NCBI GenBank assembly: GCA_038087875.1
Contig: JAXLNO010004364.1
Coordinates: forward strand, 1 to 46,428
DNA from: Malacoraja senta
Lineage: Eukaryota
Length of the DNA: 46,428 nucleotides
Direction: 5' to 3'
Made by a program: the position numbers and the translations under genes. Each line of letters opens with the position of its first letter. Position 1 is the first letter of the stretch. Below the pieces are notes generated by a model. It saw only the letters and a list, made by a program, of their open reading frames with translations, was not told the origin of the DNA and did no database searches. Below are positions 1 to 10,391 of this stretch, piece after piece.

Positions 1-207
1 TACCCTTATGAGATTGAGCAAAAGAGAAGAAAGTTCTCACAGACCAGAGAAGTTCTTTATGGTGTTAAGGGAGTTTTGTGTGGAGTGTTTTACCCGGCTA
101 GAATGCGTATCACCTTTGAGGGAGTGTCAAAAACATTCACTAATTCGGATGAATCTCTCAAATACGCTCAAGAAATCGCGACTAAGGCTGCATCAACTGG
201 AGACTGA
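1..207 (+). CDS. L1 ORF1p C-terminal end (partial; not in the ORF track)
   Basis: Frame 1 translates YPYEIEQKRRKFSQTREVLYGVKGVLCGVFYPARMRITFEGVSKTFTNSDESLKYAQEIATKAASTGD*. The YP...KR..F and YPAR.RIT..G..F pattern is typical of the vertebrate L1 ORF1p C-terminal domain. Confidence 0.85.
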   Translation, partial: YPYEIEQKRRKFSQTREVLYGVKGVLCGVFYPARMRITFEGVSKTFTNSDESLKYAQEIATKAASTGD

Positions 208-454
208 AAACCAAGACGACATGAACAAATGAACTTGCTTATTCTTCCAACAAGAATATTACAAGGAAAGTGAATTAACTGAACACTGATTTTTTATTTT
301 TTATTTGACTTCAAGCAACAGATTCTTAGTGAGACGTGGCTAGACATTATTATCTTCGCTGGAACATTGTGCTATGTAATTCAAGGACACTACGTGCTCA
401 AACGAGGAAAACCTGATAACGGGACGAACTGCTGGGCTGAGAGTGAAAAACATC

Positions 455-1030
455 ACATGGCTTATATTGTTTATAAAAAACTGAAAAAACTGAGAACTAA
501 TAATAATTAACAATTAACAATACTAATATAGAAATAGCAATTGAAATAGATAAAAAATGTGCAGTCTGCTCTGTTTAGCAGATAACAGCAAGTGCTATGC
601 AGCTCGAGAGTGGAGGGAGGGGGAGACCGGGTACCTGGCATAACTCCAGGAGCCAGACTCCCGTTAACCCTTCCAGCGAACAGCTCATTTTTAACAATAT
701 TAAAATCAATTTAAAATAGTTAAGAGATAATATACACTCGAGGTTGATATGAAAAATATATACGGCTTATATAGTTTTACAAAATGCTGAGAATTAATCA
801 TAATTAATAATTAACAATACTAATATAGAAATAATATTTGAAACTGATAAAACTGTGGTGCCTGCGTCATAACGCAGACAGCAGTTATCACCTATGTTCG
901 CAGCTCGTGGAGAGGAGAAGAGATCAGGCACCTGGCACAATTCCAGGAACCTGACTCCGGTTAATCCACTCAGTAAACCGCTCACTTTAACAATACTAAA
1001 TTCATTTTAAAATAGTTAAGAGATAAAGAG
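455..1030 (+). repeat. Diverged ~297-bp tandem duplication in the L1 inter-ORF spacer
   Basis: Matching blocks: TTAACAATACTAATATAGAAATA (~514 and ~811), CCTGG..CCAGG (634/931) and TTAAAATAGTTAAGAGATAA (~711/~1007). Confidence 0.85.
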
Positions 1031-1426
1031 TGAGTAGGATATGGAATCGAATACATTTGACATATATATAAATTGTAACTGGGTGAAATAGAACTGAATT
1101 GGAAACGGTAATGACCCCATAGATTTTGGGTAAGAAATACAGCGGGGCTAACTTTATACCAACTACGCCGGAAGCGTTATGGATGTCGTACCCCACAGAC
1201 GAGTGGGCCACTCACTACGGTGTTGAAATTTTAGACACCGTAAATTTATTTGATTTATATATATATTTTTTTTTAATCACAATATGTCACATCTGTGTGT
1301 TTTTTCTTCAAGGACAATCGCGCAGGAGAACTACCAAGGAAGTCTATAATAGAAATACTCCCAAAATAACCAGAGTCCGGAGGTATGAACGCACCACAAT
1401 AATTAAGGTCATTAAAATTGGTAAAA

Positions 1427-4400
1427 ATGCATGACGACAATCAAAAGAAAATAGGAGGAATCACATTATGTAGTTGGAATATAAGGGGGATTAATGAACC
1501 TATTAAAAGGGGCAAGATACTAGCTCAGTTGAAATCATACAACACGGACATAGCGTTTCTACAGGAAACACATCTTAAACAGCAAGATCAGACAAGACTG
1601 AGGGCGAACTGGATAGGCCAAACATTTCACTCTTCATTTACCTCTAAATCTAGAGGTACTGCAATTATTATTCGTAAAGGAATTCCATTTAAATCAAAGA
1701 ACACTATTTTAGATAAGGAAGGGAGATATCTTATAGTAGCAGGGGAGATCAATAATATGCCAATCACGCTGGTAAACATATATGCGCCCAACTTTGATAA
1801 CCCTCAATTTTTTAATAAAATTCTGAATATAATTGCAGAATCTAATTATCAAAATGTTATAATCGGAGGAGATTTTAATTGTGTTTTAGATCCTTATTTA
1901 GATAAATCGATGCAAAAACAAAAAGGTCAGACGAAATCTAAAACCAGTGAACTCTTACACACATATATGGAAAACACAAATATAACAGATGTATGGAGGA
2001 TTGCAAACCCGACGGGAAGGGATTACTCGTTTTATTCAATGGTGCATAAAACATATTCACGGATAGACTATTTTCTAGTGGATACAAAATTAATCTCGCA
2101 ATCTTTGAATCCTAAATATCATATTAATGCGATCTCAGATCATTCTCCGTTAACTTTTGTTCTAAAACTAGAAGGAATGTCTATGAATAAACCGTTCTGG
2201 AGGTTTAACTCACAAATTTTAAAAGACCCTCAAGGGAGTATCTATCTAAAAAAACAGATGGATCTATTTTTTGAGTTAAATGATACACCAGAGATATCCC
2301 CCACGTTATTATGGGAATCCTTCAAAGCATTTATAAGAGGAGTCATTATTTCATTTCAAGCTTATCAAAATAAAAAGAATAAGAATGAACAAAGACACTT
2401 AGAAGATCAAATAAAACAGTTAGATATAGATAATGCTAAAGACCCAACTATGGATAAACATAATAAAATACTACTACTGAAATTTCAGTTAAATAAATTA
2501 CTGTCAGAGAAAGTTATAACATTATTTCAAATCACAAAACAAGAACACTTCGAATTCGGGGACAAACCCCACAAACTTCTAGCACGACAACTTAAAAAAC
2601 GGGAAAAAGAGAATGCAATATTAAAGATTAAATCAGATAGAGGGGAAGTATTAACACTACCCAAGGATATTAATAAAAGATTTGCTCAATTTTACCAGAA
2701 TCTATACACATCTAAAACGTCAATAGACAATAATAAAATCTCAGAATTTTTAGATAATTGTAATCTACCACAATTAGAACGCAGGGAACAAGAGGAACTG
2801 GGAGCACAAATTACTTCTAAGGAGATAGAAGACACAATAAAAACACTAAAAAATGGAAAAACACCAGGACCAGACGGATTCAGTAATGAATTTTATAAAT
2901 CTTTTTATGATATAGTTACTCCACGATTACAAAAAATGTATACATATGCTTATAAAGAGCAAAACCTACCTGAAACACTAGCGGAATCAACGATCATATT
3001 AATACTTAAAAAAGATAAAAATATAGAAGAACCAGGATCATATAGAGCTATTGCTTTGTTAAATACGGATCAGAAAATAATAGCAAAAACATTAGCCAAT
3101 AGATTAAGCAAGTATGTTAGTAGACTAATACATGAGGATCAAACAGGATTTATACCTAAGAGACACTCATTTAATAATTTGAGACGTTTGCTTAACATAA
3201 TGCATTCACATAAATCTTATGACCAAGAGTTAGCTATCATCTCACTGGACGCAGAAAAAGCGTTTGATCAAGTAGAATGGGACTATATGATCAAAGTATT
3301 GCAAAAATTCCAATTGGGAGAAAACTTTATTGCATGGATAAAACTACTATATAACAAACCTACGGCTAGAATACTAACTAATAATATATTATCTTCAAAA
3401 TTCGAATTATCTAGGGGCAACAGACAAGGATGTTCACTATCACCGCTGTTATTTGCTTTGGTAATTGAACCCCTTGCTGAAAAAATAAGAACACACTCGA
3501 ATATTCACGGTTATAACACAAAATATTCAAACAACAAACTATCCCTATATGCTGATGATGTACTACTGTACATCACAAAACCACAAATTAGTATACCAAA
3601 TATATTAAACTTAATTGAGGACTTTGGATCCTTTTCAGGATATAGAATAAATTGGAACAAAAGTGAAATTATGTCGATTAAACCAAAAGATTCAACACAT
3701 CTCAGGAAATTCCCTTTTAAAATAGCTATGGAAAAATTCAAATATTTAGGAATTGAGATTACTAGAAATTACCATGATATGTTTAAAGCTAATTATAATC
3801 CCCTACTTAAGAAATTAAATAATCTGATTAAATTTTGGAAAACACTTCCGATGTCCTTAATAGGTAGGATAAATGCTATAAAAATGATTTTCTTACCACA
3901 AATCCTTTACCTATTTCAATCAATACCTATATATCTCCCAAAAAAGTTTTTCAAAAAACTGGACTCAGACATTACAAATTTTATATGGGATTACAAATCC
4001 CACAGAATACAAAGAACACACCTTAACAAACGAAAAGAGTTGGGGGGTCTAGCGCTCCCTAACTTTATGTATTATAACTGGGCAGTAAATATTAAAAATA
4101 TGATTCACCTGCTGGACAATTCTGCCCAGCAGGTGGACTGGATTATAATGGAAAAAGGGGATTGCTCCCCGAATAATATAGGAGCGATTATTCTCTCTCC
4201 AATAAACTTGAATAATAAAAATTATAATAAAAATCCAATTATATATAGCACTATTAGAACATGGAAGCAAATAAAACAGAATCTAAAATTAAGAAACCTA
4301 TCTCTCTTAATACCAATAGTCAATAACCCATCGTTTAAACCTTCAATCATAGATAAAGCATTTATACAATGGGAAAGAATGGGAATTAAAACGCTCGAAG

Positions 4401-5218
4401 ATCTGTATGGATTAGAAAAATTACTATCATTCCAACAACTACAACTGAAATATAATTTGAAAAATAATCAATATTTTAAATATATACAAATCTGTGACTA
4501 TTTGAAAACACACACAAAAGATTATTATAATATGCCTTCCGACTTACTAGATGAAGCAATGAAGATAAAGGCGGAATCAGCTAATTTAATATCATACTTA
4601 TATAATATCATCTTAAATATAGAAATACCCACAACAGATGGAATTAGAAGAGATTGGGAACAAGATCTAGGTATAAAAATTTCAAAAGAGAGTTGGGATA
4701 ATCATTTATTACAGGTGCATAAATGCTCGATCAACGTACGACATACGCTTATCCAATTTAAAACATTACATAGATTATATTATTCAAAAACCAAACTAAA
4801 TAAAATCTTTCCTAACGTCTCACCAATCTGTGATAAATGTATATGTCAAGAAGCTACCATAGCACATTCTTTTGTTTTTTGTACAAAAATCCAAAAATTC
4901 TGGTTTGAAATATTTGATATTTTTTCAAAATTAATCAAAATAAAACTGGTACCAAAACCAGAATGGATTATTTTTGGAATATCGGAAGGTATTCCTGAAT
5001 TAAACGTGTATCAGAAGAATTTACTCAATTATGGGCTAATAATGGGAAAAAAGCTTATACTTAAATTCTGGAAAAATGCGCCCACACCAACAATAAAAAT
5101 GTGGACATCAAATATGTTGGAAACATTACATCTGGAAGAGATGAGATTCCTCCTAGTAGGCAAAGCAGATCAATTTCAAAAGACGTGGTCTACGTTTTTG
5201 GACCTATTACAAGCATGA
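1427..5218 (+). CDS. L1 ORF2p (APE endonuclease + reverse transcriptase + C-terminal Cys/His motif), uninterrupted, 1263 aa from the first ATG
   Basis: EN motifs SWNIRG, LQETH, NIYAPN, GGDFN, SRIDY, SDHSP; RT motifs QGCSLSP and YADD; C-terminal CDKC...H....C. The ORF track starts at TTG 1418; the first ATG is at 1427. Confidence 0.96.
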   Translation: MHDDNQKKIGGITLCSWNIRGINEPIKRGKILAQLKSYNTDIAFLQETHLKQQDQTRLRANWIGQTFHSSFTSKSRGTAIIIRKGIPFKSKNTILDKEGRYLIVAGEINNMPITLVNIYAPNFDNPQFFNKILNIIAESNYQNVIIGGDFNCVLDPYLDKSMQKQKGQTKSKTSELLHTYMENTNITDVWRIANPTGRDYSFYSMVHKTYSRIDYFLVDTKLISQSLNPKYHINAISDHSPLTFVLKLEGMSMNKPFWRFNSQILKDPQGSIYLKKQMDLFFELNDTPEISPTLLWESFKAFIRGVIISFQAYQNKKNKNEQRHLEDQIKQLDIDNAKDPTMDKHNKILLLKFQLNKLLSEKVITLFQITKQEHFEFGDKPHKLLARQLKKREKENAILKIKSDRGEVLTLPKDINKRFAQFYQNLYTSKTSIDNNKISEFLDNCNLPQLERREQEELGAQITSKEIEDTIKTLKNGKTPGPDGFSNEFYKSFYDIVTPRLQKMYTYAYKEQNLPETLAESTIILILKKDKNIEEPGSYRAIALLNTDQKIIAKTLANRLSKYVSRLIHEDQTGFIPKRHSFNNLRRLLNIMHSHKSYDQELAIISLDAEKAFDQVEWDYMIKVLQKFQLGENFIAWIKLLYNKPTARILTNNILSSKFELSRGNRQGCSLSPLLFALVIEPLAEKIRTHSNIHGYNTKYSNNKLSLYADDVLLYITKPQISIPNILNLIEDFGSFSGYRINWNKSEIMSIKPKDSTHLRKFPFKIAMEKFKYLGIEITRNYHDMFKANYNPLLKKLNNLIKFWKTLPMSLIGRINAIKMIFLPQILYLFQSIPIYLPKKFFKKLDSDITNFIWDYKSHRIQRTHLNKRKELGGLALPNFMYYNWAVNIKNMIHLLDNSAQQVDWIIMEKGDCSPNNIGAIILSPINLNNKNYNKNPIIYSTIRTWKQIKQNLKLRNLSLLIPIVNNPSFKPSIIDKAFIQWERMGIKTLEDLYGLEKLLSFQQLQLKYNLKNNQYFKYIQICDYLKTHTKDYYNMPSDLLDEAMKIKAESANLISYLYNIILNIEIPTTDGIRRDWEQDLGIKISKESWDNHLLQVHKCSINVRHTLIQFKTLHRLYYSKTKLNKIFPNVSPICDKCICQEATIAHSFVFCTKIQKFWFEIFDIFSKLIKIKLVPKPEWIIFGISEGIPELNVYQKNLLNYGLIMGKKLILKFWKNAPTPTIKMWTSNMLETLHLEEMRFLLVGKADQFQKTWSTFLDLLQA

Positions 5219-5641
5219 GGTGCAATAGTAATTTATAAAAACATATAAATAAATAAAAGGTATCTGGACCTGGTAATGGGAGGTAAAATAAAAATAGACT
5301 TGGTTGGTAGTTCCTTCTCTATGAAGTATGGTATAAGAGTCATAATAGAGCGATTGTTCCTTCTTTCTTTCTCTTTTTTTTCTAGGGTCTATTTTCTAAC
5401 TTTACTTCCTTCTCTAACCTCTTTTCTAAGGGGCTTTCTTTTCCCAACACTCTTTTGCACTTCACAACCTTTGCGCACTTTCTTCACTTTTCTTACTTCT
5501 TTCTTTTTCTTTCTTAAAGTTTAAAAAAGTGAAGCGGTACAAAAAATGTATTAATATATACGTGTTGTACATTACTGTAATCTACCGTACTTCTAAAAAA
5601 TAAAAAATAAAAAAAAAAAAAAGATGTTTATGTCATCACAT

Positions 5642-5735
5642 AAAAGACTGATCAATGGCAGATCAAATTATACACTGGCTAGATTTATTGCAAAAGACTG
5701 ACCAATGGCAGATCAAACTATACACTGGCTAGATT
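5642..5735 (+). repeat. Two-copy ~50-bp tandem repeat
   Basis: AAAAGACTGA(T/C)CAATGGCAGATCAAA(T/C)TATACACTGGCTAGATT at 5642 and 5692. Confidence 0.9.
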
Positions 5736-6269
5736 ATTGAAAACAGAATAGCAGAAAAACTCGTGTTAAATAGCAGGTTGGGTGTTTTGACTGAAGAAAA
5801 CCCAGAACAAAGGAGCAGTCAACTGGGATTTGACTCTCTTTCCCATCACCATGATCAGCTGGTACATTACAGGGGCACAATTTGATATGTGCTTTGCTTG
5901 GAACCCCTGCAGCATCGATTAGTAATACTGAGCAACATGAATGAGAAAATCAATTTTTCTCCTTGTAGGCCAAGCCTGGGATTCCCTCGGTTTAAGAATG
6001 TCACATGCTGATATCGCAGTCTTACTCGGACCATGTGTCTCACCATCTCTGAAACCTTCACCACAAACACAACCTTCTGTAAAGGTGTCATTCTTCCAAC
6101 TCTGGGCACTCATAAGCCTGCACTCCTTTCACCTTTGTACCACTTGCTGTGTCACGTTGCAGTGTTGCTCACAAGTACCAAAGCAGACTCAGCAGATCCA
6201 TCCCCCGCATCTCTCCTCCTTGAAATGAAGAATGACAGTAAATGTCAATCCAGAAGTTGTCGATCTGGT

Positions 6270-6928
6270 GACATGAGCTCAAAATTCCAACCCATGATCT
6301 GAGAATTTCAATTCTATTAATAAATGCATTCTGACGTAAAATGCTTCCGTTGGTGGTGACGCATGTCGATAGTTCACTGCTGCACTTCACGGAAGGGAAT
6401 GTGTCAGCATATCTGTTCTGGCCAGTACGCAACTACATACCTGTAGCAAAATGGCTACAGACTAGTGTCAGTTTAGTGTGACTGTGCTCCATTGAAGACT
6501 TTGAGGCGTTTCAGTAATTGATAGAAACTATCTGAAATAAATTAGTGGCTGACTCCAGCGACAGCAGAGCAAATCATAAATGGTTAGAAGTATCAAGGTC
6601 CCCCTCCTGCTGCAGATTGGGATGAAATTCTGCATTAGATGTATTTTCCCGTTTCACTTCAGAATCATTGGGGGAGGAAGAGATTGATTCATTCATTCAT
6701 TGCTGCTGACTGACCTGCACTGTCACTTGTCCTCTGAAGCAGCATCATGAGTCTAGTTCCACTCAGCTCACTCTCGTGTGTGCACTGTTTACACACTCAG
6801 TCACTTGAGCCACATGAGCTGATTTTGCTTTCAAACACTTATTGTGGAGGGTGATAAAGTTTGTGTCAGAATTGAAACTATCAGAGCCCGGAGATCAAAG
6901 TCTTCAACTGCGTAGAAAGCAGTCATAA
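6270..6928 (-). repeat. Inverted segmental duplicate, copy 1 (partner 40885-41687)
   Basis: The reverse complement aligns along its whole length with 40885-41687 once the short-repeat insertion there is removed. Differences are scattered substitutions and small indels. Confidence 0.95.
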
Positions 6929-7051
6929 GAAGGGTCTCGACCCGAAACGTCGCCTATTCCTTCGCTCCATAGATGCTGCCTCACCTGCTGAGTTTCTCCA
7001 GCATTTTTGTCTACCTTCGATTTTGCAGCATCTGCAGTTCCTTCTTAAACA
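6928..7051 (+). mobile_element. Short Penelope-like/hammerhead-type repeat, 5'-truncated
   Basis: GAAGGGTCTCGACCCGAAACGTC...GCATCTGCAGTTCCTTCTTAA; TSD AGTCATA at 6921-6927 and 7052-7058. Confidence 0.75.
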
Positions 7052-7386
7052 AGTCATATACACTGTGTATGTCTGACAGGAGACATCACATTTGTCAATG
7101 TAAGATGTTGTCTATTTCACAACCCCTCCTTCTTTAAGCAAAATGGCGAGCAAATTCCTTTAAACAATAGTTATGTGCGTGGTATTAGTGTGGATCACAG
7201 TTGCTGCAGTGTCATCAGAAATTTGTAAGCCTAGTTTAACAGTGTACATTGTTCTTGCTTTGTGAATCTTGTTTTAATCAGCAATGTGATATTGTTAAAC
7301 ATGTGTGTTTGCAAGATGCTCAATCCCATCCCATATCAGTGACTGTCATGGAGTTCCACCATCGCGGTGTTGGGGGGAAATCACCT

Positions 7387-10173
7387 CATATAACCATATA
7401 ACCATATAACAATTACAGCACGGAAACAGGCCATCTCGACCCTTCTAGTCCGTGCCGAACACGTATTCTCCCCTAGTCCCATATACCTGTGCTCAGACCA
7501 TAACCCTCCATTCCTTTCCCGTCCATATAACTATCCAATTTATTTTTAAATGATAAAAACGAACCTGCCTCCACCACCTTCACTGGAAGCTCATTCCACA
7601 CAGCCACCACTCTCTGAGTAAAGAAGTTCCCCCTCATGTTACCCCTAAACTTCTGTCCCTTAATTCTCAAGTCATGTCCCCTTGTTTGAATCTTCCCTAC
7701 TCTCAATGGGAAAAGCTTATCCACGTCAACTCTGTCTATCCCTCTCATCATTTTAAAGACCTCTATCAAGTCCCCCCTTAACCTTCTGCGCTCCAAAGAA
7801 TAAAGCCCTAACTTGTTCAACCTTTCTCTGTAACTTAGTTGTTGAAACCCAGGCAACATTCTAGTAAATCTCCTCTGTACTCTCTCTATTTTGTTGACAT
7901 CCTTCCTATAATTAGGCGACCAAAATTGTACACCATACTCCAGAATTGGCCTCACCAATGCCTTGTACAATTTTAACATTACATCCCAACTTCTATACCC
8001 AATGCTCTGATTTATAAAAGCCAGCACACCAAAAGCTTTCTTTACCACCCCATCTACATGAGATTCCACTTTCAGGGAACTGTGCACAGTTATTCCAAGA
8101 TCCCTCTGTTCACCTGCATTCTTCAATTCCCTACCATTTACCATGTACGTCCTATTTTGATTTGTCCTGCCAAGATGTAGCACCTCACACTTATCAGCAT
8201 TAAACTCCATCTGCCATCTTTCAGCCCACTCTTCCAACCGGCATAAATCTCTCTGTAGACTTTGAAAATCTACTTCATTATCCACAGCCCCACCTATCTT
8301 AGTATCATCTGCATACTTACTAATCCAATTTACCACACCATCATCCAGATCATTGATGTACATGACAAACAACAGTGGACCCAACACAGATCCCAACACA
8401 GCACCCCACTAGTCACTGGCCTCCAACCTGACAAACAACCATCCACCATTACTCTCTGGCATCTCCCATTCAGCCACTGTTGAATTCATCTTGCTACTCC
8501 ACCATTAATACCCAACCATTGAACCTTCTTAACCAACCTTCCGTGAGGAACCTTGTCAAAGGCCTTACTGAAGTCCATATATACAACATCCACGGCTTTA
8601 CCCTCATCAATTTCCCGAGTAACCTCTTCAAAAAATTCAAGAAGATTAGTCAAACATGACCTTCCAGGCACAAATCCATGTTGACTGCTCCTAATCAGCC
8701 CCTGTTTATCCAGATGCTTATATATATTATCTCTAAGTATCCTTTCCATTAATTTGCCCACCACTGATGTCAAACTAACAGGTCTATAATTGCTAGGTTT
8801 ACTCTTAGACCCCTTTTTAAACAATGGAACAACATGCGCAGTACGCCAATCCTCCGGCACTATTGCCGTTTCCAATGACATTTGAAATATTTCTGTCATA
8901 GCCCCTGCTATTTCTACACTAACTTCCCTCAATGTCCTGAATATCTTGTCCGGACCTGGAGACTTATCCACTTTTATATTTCTCAAAAGTGTCAGTACTT
9001 CCTCTTCTTTGAATCTCATAGTTTCCATAGCTACTCTACTTGTTTCCCTTACCTCACATAATTCAATATCCTTCTCCTTGGTGAATACCGAAGAAAAGAA
9101 ATTGTTCAATATCTCCCCCATCTCTTTTGGCTCTGCAGATACCTGTCCACTCTGACTCTCTAATGGACCAATTTTATCCCTCGTTATCCTTTTGCTATTA
9201 ATATAGCTGTAGAAACCCTTTGGATTTACTTTCACCTTATTTGCCAAAGCAACCTCATATCTTCTTTTAGCTTTTCTAATTTCTTTCTTAAGACTCTTTT
9301 TACATTTTTTATACTCCTCAAGCACCTCATTTACTCCATGCTGCCTATAATTATTGTAGATCTCTCTCTTTTTCCGAACTGTGTCCAATTTCCCTTGAAA
9401 ACCATGGCTCTTTCCAATTTTTACTATTTACTTTCAACCGAACAGGGACATAAAGATTCTGTAGTCTTAAAATTTCACCTTTAAATGTCCTCCATTTCTC
9501 TTCCACATCTTTCCCATAAAACAAACTGTCCCAATTTACTCCTTTTAAATCCTTTCGCATCTCCTCAAAGTTAGCCTTTCTCCAATCAAAAATCTCAACC
9601 CTAGGTCCAGTTCTGACCCTCTCCATAATTATATTGAAACTAATGGTATTGTGATCACTGGTCCAGAACTGTTCCCCAACGCATACCTCTGCCACCTGAC
9701 CCGTCTCATTTCCTAACAGGAGGTCCAGTACCGCCCTTTCTCTAGTAGGTACGTCTATGTATTGCTGCAAAAAACTATCCTGCACACATTTTACAAACTC
9801 CAGCCCATCCAGCCCATTTACAGAATGTGTTTCCCAGTCTATGTGTGGAAAATTGAAATCTCCCACAATCACTACCTTGTGCTTACTACTAATATCTGCA
9901 ATCTCCTTACATATTTGCTCTTCCAATTCTCGCTCCCCATTTGGCGGTCTATAATACACCCCTATGAGTGTTGCTACCCCTTTCCCATTTCTCAGTTCCA
10001 CCCAAATAGCCTCCCTAGAAGAGCCCTCTAATCTATCCTGCCAAAGCACTGCTGTAATATCTTCCCTGATAAGCAATGCAACACCTCCACCTCTTGCCCC
10101 TCCAATTCTATCACACCTGAAGCAACGAAATCCTGGAATATTTAGTTTCCAATCACAGCCCTCCTGCAACCAT
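7387..10173 (-). mobile_element. CR1 LINE (family A), 5'-truncated and frameshifted
   Basis: ORF pieces 9351-10173 (EN: VYYRPP, GDFN, SDH), 8486-9388 and 7473-8399 (RT, YADD); (TAACCATA)n tail at 7387-7410. Confidence 0.93.
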
Positions 10174-10391
10174 ATGAAACCTGGCAGAGTATAGATACTC
10201 TCCATGCTGTAAAATATTGATATCTTCCACGAGAGACATTTTGTATTGCTCATCCTTGGATGATTATAACCAAACACGTCCATTCCTTGCAACATTCCTT
10301 GCATTCCCTGAATTTTTCCTTTGGACTGAGGGCTGTGTCTGGGAGGTGGGTTAATAAATACGTGGCAATTTGTGCTAACCACGGTTTTCAC

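Larger units (their letters stand above)
1..5622 (+). mobile_element. LINE-1 (L1 clade) non-LTR retrotransposon; 5' end lies outside the window
   Basis: ORF1 C-terminus, a 1.2-kb spacer, uninterrupted ORF2, T-rich 3' UTR, AATAAA at 5599-5604 and an A-tail ending at 5622. Confidence 0.95.

Noticed and set aside
8-232. 74-aa ORF in the track
   Set aside because: Off-frame shadow; the real coding frame is frame 1 (L1 ORF1 end, 1-207).
1126-1434. 102-aa ORF overlapping the ORF2 start
   Set aside because: Starts at TTG, has low-complexity AT-rich translation and no recognisable motif.
3565-3571. TACTGTA inside L1 ORF2
   Set aside because: Part of the in-frame DDVLLYI codons next to YADD; not an insertion.
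5571-5577. Further TACTGTA matches (here, and doubled near 22120-22133)
   Set aside because: No empty-site comparator in the window, so they cannot be called footprints.
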